From the NCBI GenBank assembly GCA_944321085.1, contig CALUJY010000005.1:120570-184569 (forward strand): a DNA stretch of 64,000 nt, written 5' to 3'. Positions 1-10,162 of the stretch are shown piece by piece; position 1 is the stretch's first letter, and each line of letters begins with the position of its first letter. Under the pieces are notes generated by a model. That model ran no database searches. It was not told the DNA's origin and was given only the letters and a program-made list of their open reading frames with translations. The stretch is from an uncultured Barnesiella sp. Lineage in GTDB: Bacteria > Bacteroidota > Bacteroidia > Bacteroidales > Barnesiellaceae_A. The translations under genes and the position numbers were made by a program.

Positions 1-1303
1 ATTTACGGGCACTCTCAATCTTCACATAGTCTTGCCCGCCCTCTATGCCATAGACAGCCAAAGGTTCCAACGCTTGCGATACCATACTGATGTTGCGCGC
101 ATTGGGGTATTGGGTTTTTATTTCGTTGAGCAACGAGTTCGAGTTGTTGGTCGGCAGGTCGCTGGCCGAGCTGCCCACCCAGTGGCTGTTGTATATGTGG
201 GTATTCTCGCCGAGGTCCATGAAACCTACGATGTTGCGCGACTGGTCGTAGTTACCCTGTTTATTAGTCACCCAAACTTCTATGCGGTTGATGGTGATAC
301 CCGATTGTACGTAGGGCAACTTAGAAGCAAATTGGTCGTAATTGTCTCTGAAATAGTGCGCAAGGAAGAAGTGACGGTTTTCGTCGTATTTGTCGGCATT
401 GAATTCAAAGGGAGTAGTTTGTACGCCGCCGCTGGTGCTTACGGTTTTCGATTCCGATTGTTGTTGCGACACGAGGGCTGTGGCGGTGAGCTTGCCGAAT
501 TGCATGGTCGTCTTGAAACCGAAGAGCGATGTGCTGCCTCGTATCAGCGACGAACCGGTAGTCATGCTCACGTTACCGGCCTCGATGTTCTTGATGATGT
601 CGTCCTCTTTTCCTTCATATTGCAGTTTGAGGTTTTTCGAGTCGAAGTCGAACGTAGCGTCGGTGTTGTAGGTCATATTGAACGACAGCTTGTCGCCCAC
701 TTTGGCATTGACGGTAGCCTGTATTTGCTCGTCGAAGTCGAAGTAGGTTTTCGACCGCGCCTCTACCGAAAGAGCCGGGTTGTCAACCTTGTTGTATTTC
801 ACACCCATATTCAGCTCTACCGTACCTTGTGTTTTCAGTTGTACACCGCCGGGACCGAATACTTTTTCCAACGGGCCTAAGCTGAAATTCATGTCGAGGA
901 AGTCGAATGCACTCTTTTCGTCTTTCGACAAGTCTATGCTGTTTTTCTCTTTGTAATACTCCTCCATAGACTTGCGGAAGGCGTAGTTGTTATACTCGTC
1001 GGCTGTTAGGATAAAAGGAGTGGTAATATCTATCTCTCCTACGCGGGTGTGTACCACGTAGCAGTTCGTTTTGGGGTCGTATTCTATAACTGTTTTGATG
1101 TTACCCGGTGTGCGCAAGTCGACGGCCTCTTTCTCGCCTATCTCATCGTAGTTTTCGGGAACGGTTTTCGATACGGGATAGAGCAGAGTCGTATCGGCGG
1201 CTGCCGTTGCGGTAGTCGTCTGGGCTTCGGCCGGCAATGGCATGAAGCCTATGCAAGCACATAATAATAGAATGACGATAAAGACTCTTTCTCTATTCTT
1301 CAT
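1..1303 (-). CDS. sprA: T9SS outer-membrane translocon SprA/Sov, N-terminal part (runs off window edge)
   Basis: Not in the ORF track because no stop lies in the window. Manual translation from ATG 1303: MKNRERVFIVILLLCACIGFMPLPAEAQ (signal peptide)...DLRTPGNIKTVIEYDPKTNCYVVHTRVGE...FSLGPLEKVFGPGGVQLKTQGTVELNMG, typical of the SprA N-terminus. ruvA-sprA adjacency is common in Bacteroidota. Confidence 0.85.
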   Translation of the reverse strand, partial: MKNRERVFIVILLLCACIGFMPLPAEAQTTTATAAADTTLLYPVSKTVPENYDEIGEKEAVDLRTPGNIKTVIEYDPKTNCYVVHTRVGEIDITTPFILTADEYNNYAFRKSMEEYYKEKNSIDLSKDEKSAFDFLDMNFSLGPLEKVFGPGGVQLKTQGTVELNMGVKYNKVDNPALSVEARSKTYFDFDEQIQATVNAKVGDKLSFNMTYNTDATFDFDSKNLKLQYEGKEDDIIKNIEAGNVSMTTGSSLIRGSTSLFGFKTTMQFGKLTATALVSQQQSESKTVSTSGGVQTTPFEFNADKYDENRHFFLAHYFRDNYDQFASKLPYVQSGITINRIEVWVTNKQGNYDQSRNIVGFMDLGENTHIYNSHWVGSSASDLPTNNSNSLLNEIKTQYPNARNISMVSQALEPLAVYGIEGGQDYVKIESARK

Positions 1304-1341
1304 TGATGCGTCACGCCATATTCAACATGCGGCCGCGAGCG

Positions 1342-1926
1342 TTACAATAGTTTAAGTGCTTGTTTTATAACCTCTTCGACCTGTATGCCGGGTGTATTTT
1401 GCAGCAGCTTCTGTACAACCTTTTGCGAGGCTTGCGGGGGAAATCCGAGCATCGAGAGCGCAGCTACCGCCTCTTCGTAGATTTCCGATACCCTCGGCAT
1501 ACTACTTACTAACGTAGAGGTAGCGGGTTTTATTTTATCTTTGAGGTCAACAATTATTCTTTGGGCAGTCTTTGCGCCTATGCCCTTGACGGCTTTCAGT
1601 ACGCCTATGTTTTCTGTGGCTACAACCTGCTCTATCTCGTCGGGAGAGAGTGACGATAAAATCATGCGGGCGGTATTAGGCCCTACGCCCGATACCGAGA
1701 TAAGCAGTTGGAAGATTTCGCGTTCTCGTCGTCCTTTGAACCCGTACAGTACATACGCATCTTCGCGTATGGCCTCGTGTACGTATAGTTTGGTACATTC
1801 TCCTTGTTTCAATGCCGAGAAAGTTCCCAATGATATATTTAGGAAATATCCCACACCTCCGGCAGTCTCTATGACGGCCGATGCAGGTGTAAGTTCGGTT
1901 ACCGTACCGTTGATATATTCTATCAT
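1342..1926 (-). CDS. ruvA: Holliday junction branch migration protein RuvA
   Basis: MIEYINGTV..., [12 protein letters not shown] and [19 protein letters not shown] HhH motifs, C-terminal ALSMLGF. Confidence 0.97.
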   Translation of the reverse strand: MIEYINGTVTELTPASAVIETAGGVGYFLNISLGTFSALKQGECTKLYVHEAIREDAYVLYGFKGRREREIFQLLISVSGVGPNTARMILSSLSPDEIEQVVATENIGVLKAVKGIGAKTAQRIIVDLKDKIKPATSTLVSSMPRVSEIYEEAVAALSMLGFPPQASQKVVQKLLQNTPGIQVEEVIKQALKLL

Positions 1927-1938
1927 AAAAAGGTGCTA

Positions 1939-2115
1939 TTATATGAATTTGTTGAGCCGCTCATCGTATTGGTAGCCTATGGCTTGCAAAGTCGATGTGA
2001 GCGCGTCGCCGTCTATGCCCATACTGAGGCACATTTCATGCAACGAGGGGTATTCGTCGCGCAGTTTCGTATTGACGAAGCTGAGCAGGATGACAGGGTC
2101 TTTGGGTAGTTCCAT
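1939..2115 (-). CDS. DUF4250 family small protein (58 aa)
   Basis: MELPKDPVILLSFVNTKLRDEYPSL...IGYQYDERLNKF pattern; start trimmed to ATG 2115, just downstream of a TATTTTTG -7 box at 2144-2151 (- strand). Confidence 0.85.
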   Translation of the reverse strand: MELPKDPVILLSFVNTKLRDEYPSLHEMCLSMGIDGDALTSTLQAIGYQYDERLNKFI

Positions 2116-2563
2116 GATGAAACGATTGAATAATATGAAATGACAAAAATACATCTTTTTTCCGGCTTGTGCTATATAAAGATGAATTTTGAGGTGCGTT
2201 GTATGATAGTGGGACGATGCAATCATGTTATGACCTTGCAGAAGTTACTTTCCGTTACTTGGCGTACGGCTTTTCATACAAGCAGAATGTATGAATGTGC
2301 AAATTGTGTGACAGACTGAATGTTTGTTTTATAGAAACGTTGTTTGTTGCCCCGATAACATCGTTGCAAGGCTGCGTTACGATGGTAGAAAGAGGGCGTA
2401 AATTTTTGTTATGCGATGTGTGTAACAGATTTATGCGTTGTAAATGTTTGTACGACAACGGCCTACGAACGTATTGCGTGTAATCGTGCTGCGTTAAGAA
2501 TTTTTTGTAGAATATTTTTCAATTTGACACTGTTATTATATAGGAAGTCATGAAAGTTTTTGA

Positions 2564-2571
2564 TACATTTG
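2564..2571 (+). promoter_or_regulatory. Bacteroidota sigma-A -7 element for the ior operon
   Basis: TACATTTG matches TAnnTTTG, 24 nt upstream of the iorA ATG. Confidence 0.65.
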
Positions 2572-2595
2572 TGAAGTCCTCAAAAACCAAGAAAT

Positions 2596-4191
2596 ATGAA
2601 AAACACGAAGTTACTTTTAGGCGACGAGGCTATTGCCTTAGGGGCTATCCATGCCGGTCTTTCGGGTGTGTATGCCTATCCGGGAACGCCTTCAACCGAG
2701 ATTACCGAGTTTATACAGACTTATCCTTTGGCTGCCGAGCGGCACATACATTGTCAATGGTCGTGTAATGAAAAAACAGCTATGGAAGCTGCCCTCGGTA
2801 TGTCGTATATGGGAAAACGTGCTATGGTGTGCATGAAGCACGTGGGTATGAATGTTGCTGCCGATGCTTTCGTCAATGCTGCGATGACAGGTACAAATGG
2901 CGGGTTGGTAGTGATAGCAGCTGATGACCCTTCGATGCACTCATCGCAAAACGAACAGGACTCGCGCTTCTATGGAAAATTTGCCATGATTCCTATTATG
3001 GAACCCTCTACCCAACAAGAGGCATACAAAATGATAGGTGAGGCATTCGACCTATCCGAAAAATACAAAGTCCCTGTATTGATACGTCTTGTCACCCGTT
3101 TGGCACACTCGCGTGCCGTGGTAACCGTAGGCGATATTCGTGAGCAAAATCCTATGACTTATCCTTCCAATCCGCGTCAGTGGGTATTGATGCCTGCCGT
3201 AGCGCGGGTGCGCAACAAAGAGCTTATAGCGCATAACGTCGATTTCCTTGCCGAGGCAGAGCAATCGGCTCATAACTGCTATACCGATGCCGCCGACAAG
3301 AAGATGGGTGTTATCGCCTCGGGTATTGCCTATAACTACCTAATGGAATATTTCCCCTCGGGAGCGCCGTTCCCCGTGCTTAAAATTTCGCAATACCCCC
3401 TGCCCATAGAGAAGATACGTCGCATGGCAGCCGAGTGCGAGAGCATTTTGGTGCTTGAAGACGGGCAGCCGTTTATCGAGGAGCAGATACGCGGTATCAT
3501 ACCTCCCGAAGGTATCGTTGTAAAAGGACGTCTTACCGGCGAAGTTCCCCGTACGGGAGAGCTTACCCCCGATAACATACGCGAGGCGTTGGGTGTACCT
3601 ACGGCCGAGGTGTTCGACCCCTCGCCGCTGGTAGTGCCGCGTCCGCCCGCATTGTGTATGGGTTGCGGCCACCGCGATATGTATGCAGCTTTGAACGAGG
3701 TCGCCAAAGAGTTTGTCGACTGTCGCGTATTCAGCGACATAGGTTGCTACACGCTCGGCTTCCTGCCTCCTTATAAGGCTATACATTCGGTGGTAGATAT
3801 GGGAGCCTCCATCACTATGGCAAAAGGTGCAGCCGATGCCGGGCAATATCCTTCGGTGGCTGTCATTGGCGACTCTACTTTTACCCACTCGGGAATGACG
3901 GGACTGCTCGATGCCGTCAACGAAAAGAGCGACATTACCATCATTATTTCCGATAACCTTACCACCGGTATGACCGGCGGACAAGACTCGGCCGGAACCG
4001 GACGCTTGGAGCAGATATGCCAAGGTATCGGTGTAGAACCCGAGCACATCAGGGTAGTAGTGCCGTTGGCCAAAAATATGGAGGAGATGAAACAAATCAT
4101 ACGCGAAGAGATTGCTTATCACGGCGTATCGGTCATCATCCCGCGCAGAGAGTGCATACAAACAGCAAGACGTCACAATAAAAAATCGTAA
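2596..4191 (+). CDS. iorA: Indolepyruvate/phenylpyruvate ferredoxin oxidoreductase alpha subunit
   Basis: LLGDEAIA..YPGTPSTEI, NEKTAME, MKHVGMNVAAD, DDPSMHSSQNEQDSR, PRPPALCMGCGH, SDIGCYTLG, TPP motif GDSTFTHSG..DN. Confidence 0.95.
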   Translation: MKNTKLLLGDEAIALGAIHAGLSGVYAYPGTPSTEITEFIQTYPLAAERHIHCQWSCNEKTAMEAALGMSYMGKRAMVCMKHVGMNVAADAFVNAAMTGTNGGLVVIAADDPSMHSSQNEQDSRFYGKFAMIPIMEPSTQQEAYKMIGEAFDLSEKYKVPVLIRLVTRLAHSRAVVTVGDIREQNPMTYPSNPRQWVLMPAVARVRNKELIAHNVDFLAEAEQSAHNCYTDAADKKMGVIASGIAYNYLMEYFPSGAPFPVLKISQYPLPIEKIRRMAAECESILVLEDGQPFIEEQIRGIIPPEGIVVKGRLTGEVPRTGELTPDNIREALGVPTAEVFDPSPLVVPRPPALCMGCGHRDMYAALNEVAKEFVDCRVFSDIGCYTLGFLPPYKAIHSVVDMGASITMAKGAADAGQYPSVAVIGDSTFTHSGMTGLLDAVNEKSDITIIISDNLTTGMTGGQDSAGTGRLEQICQGIGVEPEHIRVVVPLAKNMEEMKQIIREEIAYHGVSVIIPRRECIQTARRHNKKS

Positions 4192-4195
4192 TACC

Positions 4196-4780
4196 ATGCG
4201 TACCGACATTATACTTTCAGGCGTGGGCGGACAAGGTATCCTCTCTATCGCCACCATCATAGGCGCTGCCGCCATTAAAGAAGGTCTTTATATAAAACAA
4301 GCCGAGGTACATGGCATGAGCCAGCGGGGAGGTGATGTGCAATCGAATTTGCGTATCAGCTCTTCGCCTATCAGCTCTGACCTTATTCCGTTGGGCGGTG
4401 CCGACCTTATCATTTCGTTAGAGCCTATGGAGGCGCTGCGCTATCTGCCATATCTCACCAAAGAGGGTTGGATTATCACCAATACCGTGCCTTTTGTCAA
4501 CATAGACAACTATCCCGACAAAGAGAAGCTCGACCAAGAGCTTGCCGCTCTGCCGCATGTGATAGCACTCGACGTTGACGGCATGGCTAAGTCGGTGGCT
4601 TCGCCTCGTGCTGCCAATATTGTGTTGTTAGGTGCTGCTGCTCCTTTCTTGGGTATCGATGCCGAGAAGCTCGAAGAGGGTATCGCTTCGGTCTTCGCAC
4701 GAAAGGGTACAGACGTTATTGAGATGAATGTGAAGGCATTCCGTGCCGGATTGGAGTATGCCAAAAGTAATTTGAAGTAG
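4196..4780 (+). CDS. iorB: Indolepyruvate ferredoxin oxidoreductase beta subunit
   Basis: MRTDIILSGVGGQGIL..AEVHGMSQRGGDV; start trimmed to ATG 4196, 4 nt after the iorA stop. Confidence 0.95.
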   Translation: MRTDIILSGVGGQGILSIATIIGAAAIKEGLYIKQAEVHGMSQRGGDVQSNLRISSSPISSDLIPLGGADLIISLEPMEALRYLPYLTKEGWIITNTVPFVNIDNYPDKEKLDQELAALPHVIALDVDGMAKSVASPRAANIVLLGAAAPFLGIDAEKLEEGIASVFARKGTDVIEMNVKAFRAGLEYAKSNLK

Positions 4781-4785
4781 TAGTT

Positions 4786-6096
4786 ATGCAGATACCATTC
4801 AAACAAGAGCTTATCGACGGTGTTCTCGCTGATATGCATATACCTCATATAGGACGTGCCACCATACGGCAAACGGTGGCGGTATCGAAACGAATAGAGC
4901 GAGAGACAGGCGAGCGTTTCTTGCACTTCGAGTTGGGCTCGCCGGGACTGCCTCCCGAGCAGGTGGGCGTTGAGGCGCAGAAAGCCGCATTAGATCGTGG
5001 CGTGGCGTCGTCATACCCCGACATCAACGGCATACCCGAGTTGAAAACCGAGGCTTCGCGTTTTATCAAAGCATTTCTCGATGTTGATGTCAATCCCGAA
5101 GGGTGCATTCCCACCGTAGGTTCTATGATGGGTTCGTTTGCTTCGTTTATGTTGTGTACACATCTGGACGAAAAGCGCGATACAGTACTCTTTATCAATC
5201 CCGGTTTCTCTGTACAACCCTTGCAATGCAAAATTTTGGGTTATAAGAGGATTGACTTCGATGTATATCAATATCGCGGCGATAAGCTCTACGAGAAACT
5301 CGACTCTATCTTATCGCAGGGAAATATTGCAGCCATCATTTACTCGAATCCCAACAATCCTACGTGGGTGTGCCTCACTGAGCAGGAGCTGAAACATATA
5401 GGTACGCTTGCGACCCGCTACGATGCCGTGGTTATCGAAGACCTTGCCTATCTCGGCATGGATTTCCGTCGCGACCTCGGTGAACCCTTCCAACCGCCTT
5501 TCCAAGCAACGGTAGCCCGTTATACCGGCAATTATATCCTCATGCTGTCGGCCTCTAAGATATTCAGCTACGCAGGCGAGCGTATTGCCGTGGTGGCCAT
5601 ATCCGATGCCTTGTATCATCGCGGTTATCCTTATTTGAAGCAGACGATGGGCATGGATACCGTGGGTAGTGCATTTATATATACGATATTGTATGCCCTT
5701 TCGTCGGGAGTGACCCACTCGTCGCAACATGCTTTGGCCGCCATGTATCGGGCAGCCTGCGACGGAAAGCTCAACTTCGTGCAACACACCCATGTGTATG
5801 CCGGACGTGCAGCGCGGCTGAAAGAGATATTCCAACGCCACGGTTTCCACATTGTCTATGATAAAGACCTCGACCAAAACATCAGCGACGGTTTCTTCTT
5901 TACCATCGGACGAAAAGGCATGACCGGCGACGAGCTGCTGGCCAAGTTGCTCAACTATGGCATATCGGCTATATCGCTCAGCACAACCGGAAGCCGTCAG
6001 GAGGGTATCAGAATATGTACGTCGGTAGTGACCGATGCCGATTATCCTGTCCTCGACGAACGCTTGCGCATTTTTGATATGAATTATAAATCGTAA
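4786..6096 (+). CDS. PLP-dependent class I/II aminotransferase
   Basis: YSNPNNPTW, IEDLAY, SASKIFSYAGERI (PLP lysine), C-terminal GIRIC. Confidence 0.9.
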   Translation: MQIPFKQELIDGVLADMHIPHIGRATIRQTVAVSKRIERETGERFLHFELGSPGLPPEQVGVEAQKAALDRGVASSYPDINGIPELKTEASRFIKAFLDVDVNPEGCIPTVGSMMGSFASFMLCTHLDEKRDTVLFINPGFSVQPLQCKILGYKRIDFDVYQYRGDKLYEKLDSILSQGNIAAIIYSNPNNPTWVCLTEQELKHIGTLATRYDAVVIEDLAYLGMDFRRDLGEPFQPPFQATVARYTGNYILMLSASKIFSYAGERIAVVAISDALYHRGYPYLKQTMGMDTVGSAFIYTILYALSSGVTHSSQHALAAMYRAACDGKLNFVQHTHVYAGRAARLKEIFQRHGFHIVYDKDLDQNISDGFFFTIGRKGMTGDELLAKLLNYGISAISLSTTGSRQEGIRICTSVVTDADYPVLDERLRIFDMNYKS

Positions 6097-6100
6097 TCTT

Positions 6101-7402
6101 ATGACAGAAGCCAAATGGACAACGGCTGAAGAAGCCGTAAAGTTGATAAAATCTTACGACCACATCTATATCCAAGGCAGTACCTCCATTCCCGAGATAT
6201 TGTGCGATGCGCTTGCCGCACGAGCCGGCGAGTTGCGTGGCGTGGTAGTTTATTCGGGATTTGCCATAGGTAAGCGCGAGGCACCCTATTGTCGCAGCGA
6301 ATATCGCGAGTCGTTTTTCCCCGTCAGCCTTTTCATCGCCAACAGCGTGCGCGATGCCATAGGCCGGGGTGAAGGTCAGGCGATACCCGGCTTTTTGGGT
6401 GAGATACCGTCGCTCTTCCGTGACGGATTGGCACCTGTCGATGTTGCTGTACTCAACGTATCGCCTCCCAACGAAGAGGGATATTGCAGTTATGGCATTT
6501 CGGCCGACCTCGCTGTTTCGGCAGTGGAGTGTTCCAAGAAGGTTATTGCACAAGTCAACAAACAGATGCCGTTCTCTTATGGCGATGCCCTTATCCACAT
6601 ATCCAAGATAGATGCTTGTGTAGAAGTGGACGACCCGCTGGTATGCCTGCCTATTGCCGAACCCGACGAGAAAGAGACAATGATAGGCCGGTATATTGCC
6701 GAGCAGATACCTGATGGAGCCACCTTGCAGATAGGTGTGGGCGGTATTCCCAACGCCGTATTGTCGGCATTGACTTCTCACAAAGACCTCGGTTTACACA
6801 CAGAAGCTCTTACCGATGGTGTGGTACCCCTGATACAGAGCGGAGTCATCAACAACAAGCTCAAAAAGGTGATGCCCGGTATAACGGTAGCTGCGCTGGC
6901 TTTGGGTTCGCAAAGGCTTTACGATTACATGGATTACAATAAAGATGTGATTGTGAAAGATGTGGCGTGGACCAATTATCCGTTCCGCATCATGCAGAAT
7001 CCCAAGGTTATGGCTATCAACTCGGCCATAGAGATAGATCTCACGGGGCAGATATGCGCCGACTCGATAGGCGAGCGCATGTTCTCGGGCGTGGGCGGCC
7101 AGCATGACTTCATGTATGGCGGTGCCCTCTCGGAGGGTGGCAAGACCTTCATTGCCATTAAGGCAGCCTCGGCAAAAGGGGTTTCCAAGATTGTGCCTAC
7201 CCTGAAACCCGGTGCCGGTGTGGTAACGACCCGTGCGCAAGTGCAATATATCGTCACTGAGTATGGCATTGCCTATCTGCGTGGCAAAGACCTTGCACAA
7301 CGTGCCAAGGCGTTGATAGAGATAGCCGATCCCTCGGCACGCGAAGAGTTGGAGCGCGCCGCTTGCAAACGTTTCGGATACAGTTTCTTGCGATTGAGGT
7401 AA
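6101..7402 (+). CDS. Family I acyl-CoA transferase / acetyl-CoA hydrolase (4-hydroxybutyrate CoA-transferase-like)
   Basis: DGATLQIGVGGIPNAV, GLHTE (catalytic Glu), INSAIEIDLTGQ, SGVGGQHDF, VTEYGIA. Confidence 0.92.
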   Translation: MTEAKWTTAEEAVKLIKSYDHIYIQGSTSIPEILCDALAARAGELRGVVVYSGFAIGKREAPYCRSEYRESFFPVSLFIANSVRDAIGRGEGQAIPGFLGEIPSLFRDGLAPVDVAVLNVSPPNEEGYCSYGISADLAVSAVECSKKVIAQVNKQMPFSYGDALIHISKIDACVEVDDPLVCLPIAEPDEKETMIGRYIAEQIPDGATLQIGVGGIPNAVLSALTSHKDLGLHTEALTDGVVPLIQSGVINNKLKKVMPGITVAALALGSQRLYDYMDYNKDVIVKDVAWTNYPFRIMQNPKVMAINSAIEIDLTGQICADSIGERMFSGVGGQHDFMYGGALSEGGKTFIAIKAASAKGVSKIVPTLKPGAGVVTTRAQVQYIVTEYGIAYLRGKDLAQRAKALIEIADPSAREELERAACKRFGYSFLRLR

Positions 7403-7417
7403 TATTTTCAGACAAGT

Positions 7418-7457
7418 GCGGCTGTGGCAAAATACATTTTGCCACAGCCGCTTTTTT
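7418..7457 (+). terminator. Intrinsic terminator of the ior operon
   Basis: GCGGCTGTGGCAAAAT-AC-ATTTTGCCACAGCCGC followed by TTTTTT. Confidence 0.85.
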
Positions 7458-7515
7458 GTATATCGGTCGTCTGTCGGGGTGTAGTTCCGTAGGCACGAGT
7501 GTCCGGTTGTCTTTG

Positions 7516-8397
7516 TCAGGTCTCGGACGGTTGTATGCCGAGCAGGCTCTCTATGCGCGACTGGAATTGTGCCATGAGCCAGCGGGGCGTCGAGGTAGCA
7601 CCGCAGATGCCTATATTTTCTTTTCCGGTGAGCCATGCGGGGTCGAGTTCGTCTATGTCCGACACCATGTGCGTGCACGGATTGATGGCGCGACACTCTT
7701 CGTAAAGTACTTTGCCATTGGAGCTTTTTTTGCCGCATACAAAGAGTATGAGGTCGTGATGCCGGGCAAACTCGCGTATGTTGGGAATGCGGTTGGCCAC
7801 TTGTCGGCATATCGTGTCGTACCACTCGAAGTCGCCCTCTTTTGTATGTTCTTTGATGAGCGATACCATCTCAGCAAAGTGTTCTACCGACTTGGTGGTT
7901 TGCGAATACAGGGTAATGTGTTTTGTAAAATCAACCTTCGCAAGGTCGTCGGTGTTCTCTATGACAATGGCTTCGCCGTTGGTCTGTCCCACGAGCCCGT
8001 TTACCTCGGCATGTCCTGCTTTGCCGTATATGAGTATCTGGTCGTCTTTGTTGAGCCTTGCGTCGTAGCTTTTCTTTATTTTCTTTTGTAATTGCAATAC
8101 TACGGGGCAGGTTGCATCGATGATGGTGATATTGTTTTCGCGGGCTATGCGGTACGTTTCGGGCGGTTCGCCATGGGCTCGCAACAGCACCTTGACGTTG
8201 TGCAAACGGCGCAACTCGTCATGGTCTATCGTGACAAGACCTTTGGCTCTGAGGCGTTCCACTTCGTTGCTGTTGTGTACAATATCGCCTAAACAATATA
8301 AGCGGCCGCTTTTGTCCAACTCCTCTTCGGCAGCCCGTATGGCGGTGACTACACCGAAGCAGAATCCCGAATTTTTGTCTATCTCTACCGTTGCCAT
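7516..8397 (-). CDS. ispH: 4-hydroxy-3-methylbut-2-enyl diphosphate reductase
   Basis: SGFCFGV, IVHN, RAHG, DATCPVV, HAEV, SQTT, DTIC, SSN, GATSTP; start trimmed to MATVEID. Confidence 0.96.
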   Translation of the reverse strand: MATVEIDKNSGFCFGVVTAIRAAEEELDKSGRLYCLGDIVHNSNEVERLRAKGLVTIDHDELRRLHNVKVLLRAHGEPPETYRIARENNITIIDATCPVVLQLQKKIKKSYDARLNKDDQILIYGKAGHAEVNGLVGQTNGEAIVIENTDDLAKVDFTKHITLYSQTTKSVEHFAEMVSLIKEHTKEGDFEWYDTICRQVANRIPNIREFARHHDLILFVCGKKSSNGKVLYEECRAINPCTHMVSDIDELDPAWLTGKENIGICGATSTPRWLMAQFQSRIESLLGIQPSET

Positions 8398-8401
8398 AAG
8401 A

Positions 8402-9115
8402 TTATGCTTTGGAGGTCGCAATGCGGTCGATTGTTTCGCGATAGCGTGCGAGCAACCATTCGTTCTGTTCGTCGATGCTCATGTGCGAGTTGTCGAGTTC
8501 TATGGCATCATCGGCTTTGCGCAGCGGACTTATTTCGCGGGTGAGGTCGTTGTGGTCGCGTTGTGCGATGTTTTGTTCTATCTCATCGATGTTTACCGGC
8601 GTGCCTGCTGCTTTCATCTCGTCAGCCCGGCGTTGTGCGCGGGTACGGGCTGATGCTGTGACGAATATTTTCAACTCGGCATCGGGAAATACGGTTGTAC
8701 CTATATCGCGTCCATCCATGACAATGCCTTTCTCTTGGCCGATACGACGTTGGGCATCGACGAGAGCCGTGCGCACAAACGACAGTTTGCTCACCGTACT
8801 GACGTGTCGCGACACCTCCATACTGCGTATGGCTTGTTCTACGCATACGCCGTTGAGGTAGGTGCATTGTTTTCCGCTTTCAGCATCGGCGGCGAATGTA
8901 ATATGCAAGTCGTTTATTTCGGCTTCGAGGCGGCGGGTGTCAACCGAGTCGCCGGTGATGATGCCGTTCTGCAAGCAATACAGTGTGACGGCGCGATACA
9001 TGGCGCCACTGTCTATGTAGGTGTATCCTATGCGTCGGGCAAGGTCTTTGGCCATGGTACTTTTTCCGCATGAAGAGAAGCCGTCGATGGCTATGATGAT
9101 GCGAGGTGTTTCCAT
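8402..9115 (-). CDS. cmk: Cytidylate kinase
   Basis: [41 protein letters not shown]. Confidence 0.96.
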   Translation of the reverse strand: METPRIIIAIDGFSSCGKSTMAKDLARRIGYTYIDSGAMYRAVTLYCLQNGIITGDSVDTRRLEAEINDLHITFAADAESGKQCTYLNGVCVEQAIRSMEVSRHVSTVSKLSFVRTALVDAQRRIGQEKGIVMDGRDIGTTVFPDAELKIFVTASARTRAQRRADEMKAAGTPVNIDEIEQNIAQRDHNDLTREISPLRKADDAIELDNSHMSIDEQNEWLLARYRETIDRIATSKA

Positions 9116-9133
9116 AATTGTTGAGGTTGATGG

Positions 9134-10162
9134 TTATCGTCGGTTAAGGAAGTCGCCGATACTTGTCGTCAGGTTCAGCATCAAGGTTGTCCCCGAAACG
9201 TGGTGGCTTGCCACCGCTACGTCGAGAGAGAACATTTTTACTTTGATGCCTCCGCCGATACTGAATCCTGAAAGGAAGTAGCGGTTATCGGTGCGCATGT
9301 CGCTTGCGGTCTTGTAATTGTATCCTATACCGAGGTAGAAATTGTTGTTGAAAAGGTATTCGACACCGAAGATGAGGTGACGGAAAAAGTGCTCGAAAAA
9401 CTTGTCGTTTGTCACAATGCCATCGCCGTTGTCGGTCGTCGTGGGATAGGGTATTTTCCATCGCCATAAGTCGTGGGCGGTGATAGAGATGCGTACGGGC
9501 GTATTGTTGATGACCTGTGAATAGCCGAAACAGATGTCCCACGGGAGGTTGCCATATACGTTGGCGTAGCGTTTGAGCTGTCCGCCGAGGTTACGTGCCA
9601 CCAGCGAGAGAGAGTATTCTTTCTCGGCGTTGTAATAGTTGAGACCCAAGTCTACGGCCAAAGCCATAGCCGTGTACTGTTCGTAGTTGGAGTAGACAAA
9701 TTTGAGCATGGCGCCACCGCGCAGCCCTTCATAAATATCGTGCGAATAGGCACACTGAATCTGTATGTCCTGCGGACTGAAATTGCCCAAGACTTGCCCT
9801 GTCTCGTCGGTAAGAGGCATGGAACCGTAGCCATAATATTGGATACCTGCGGCGAGAGCTCCGCGGTCTGAGGTAGCAACGCCGAATGTCGTGCCGGCAA
9901 AGTGTATGCCGGCCACGTACATCATGTAGTTGATGCCCCATTTCATGTCCATTTCGGGGCCTAATAGTGCAGGGTTGTTATTGATAAGGGTGATGTCCTC
10001 TTCTATGATGGAGATATTGTTACCGCCGAGGGTGTAGGCATGAGCCGAGGGGGTAATGTTGAGAAAGTCGTACGATGTACGGCCTTCTTGGCAATATCCC
10101 GTAAAAGGAAGCAGCAATAACAGAGCTGCAACGAGGGTTCGCGTAGCGAGGTTATATCTCAT
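9134..10162 (-). CDS. porQ: Type IX secretion system outer-membrane protein PorQ (PorV/FadL-like barrel)
   Basis: Signal peptide, YDFLNITPSAHAYTLGG, NNPALL, ALAVDLGLNYY, RNLGGQLK; upstream of cmk as in other T9SS-bearing Bacteroidota; start trimmed to ATG 10162, -7 box at 10195-10202. Confidence 0.8.
   Translation of the reverse strand: MRYNLATRTLVAALLLLLPFTGYCQEGRTSYDFLNITPSAHAYTLGGNNISIIEEDITLINNNPALLGPEMDMKWGINYMMYVAGIHFAGTTFGVATSDRGALAAGIQYYGYGSMPLTDETGQVLGNFSPQDIQIQCAYSHDIYEGLRGGAMLKFVYSNYEQYTAMALAVDLGLNYYNAEKEYSLSLVARNLGGQLKRYANVYGNLPWDICFGYSQVINNTPVRISITAHDLWRWKIPYPTTTDNGDGIVTNDKFFEHFFRHLIFGVEYLFNNNFYLGIGYNYKTASDMRTDNRYFLSGFSIGGGIKVKMFSLDVAVASHHVSGTTLMLNLTTSIGDFLNRR

Noticed and set aside
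32-880. 282-aa + strand ORF, and similar long antisense ORFs (3340-4275, 14010-14879, 28027-29184, 47571-48977, 56807-57655, 63002-63886)
   Set aside because: They lie antisense to well-supported genes and have no motifs. They are shadow ORFs produced by codon bias.
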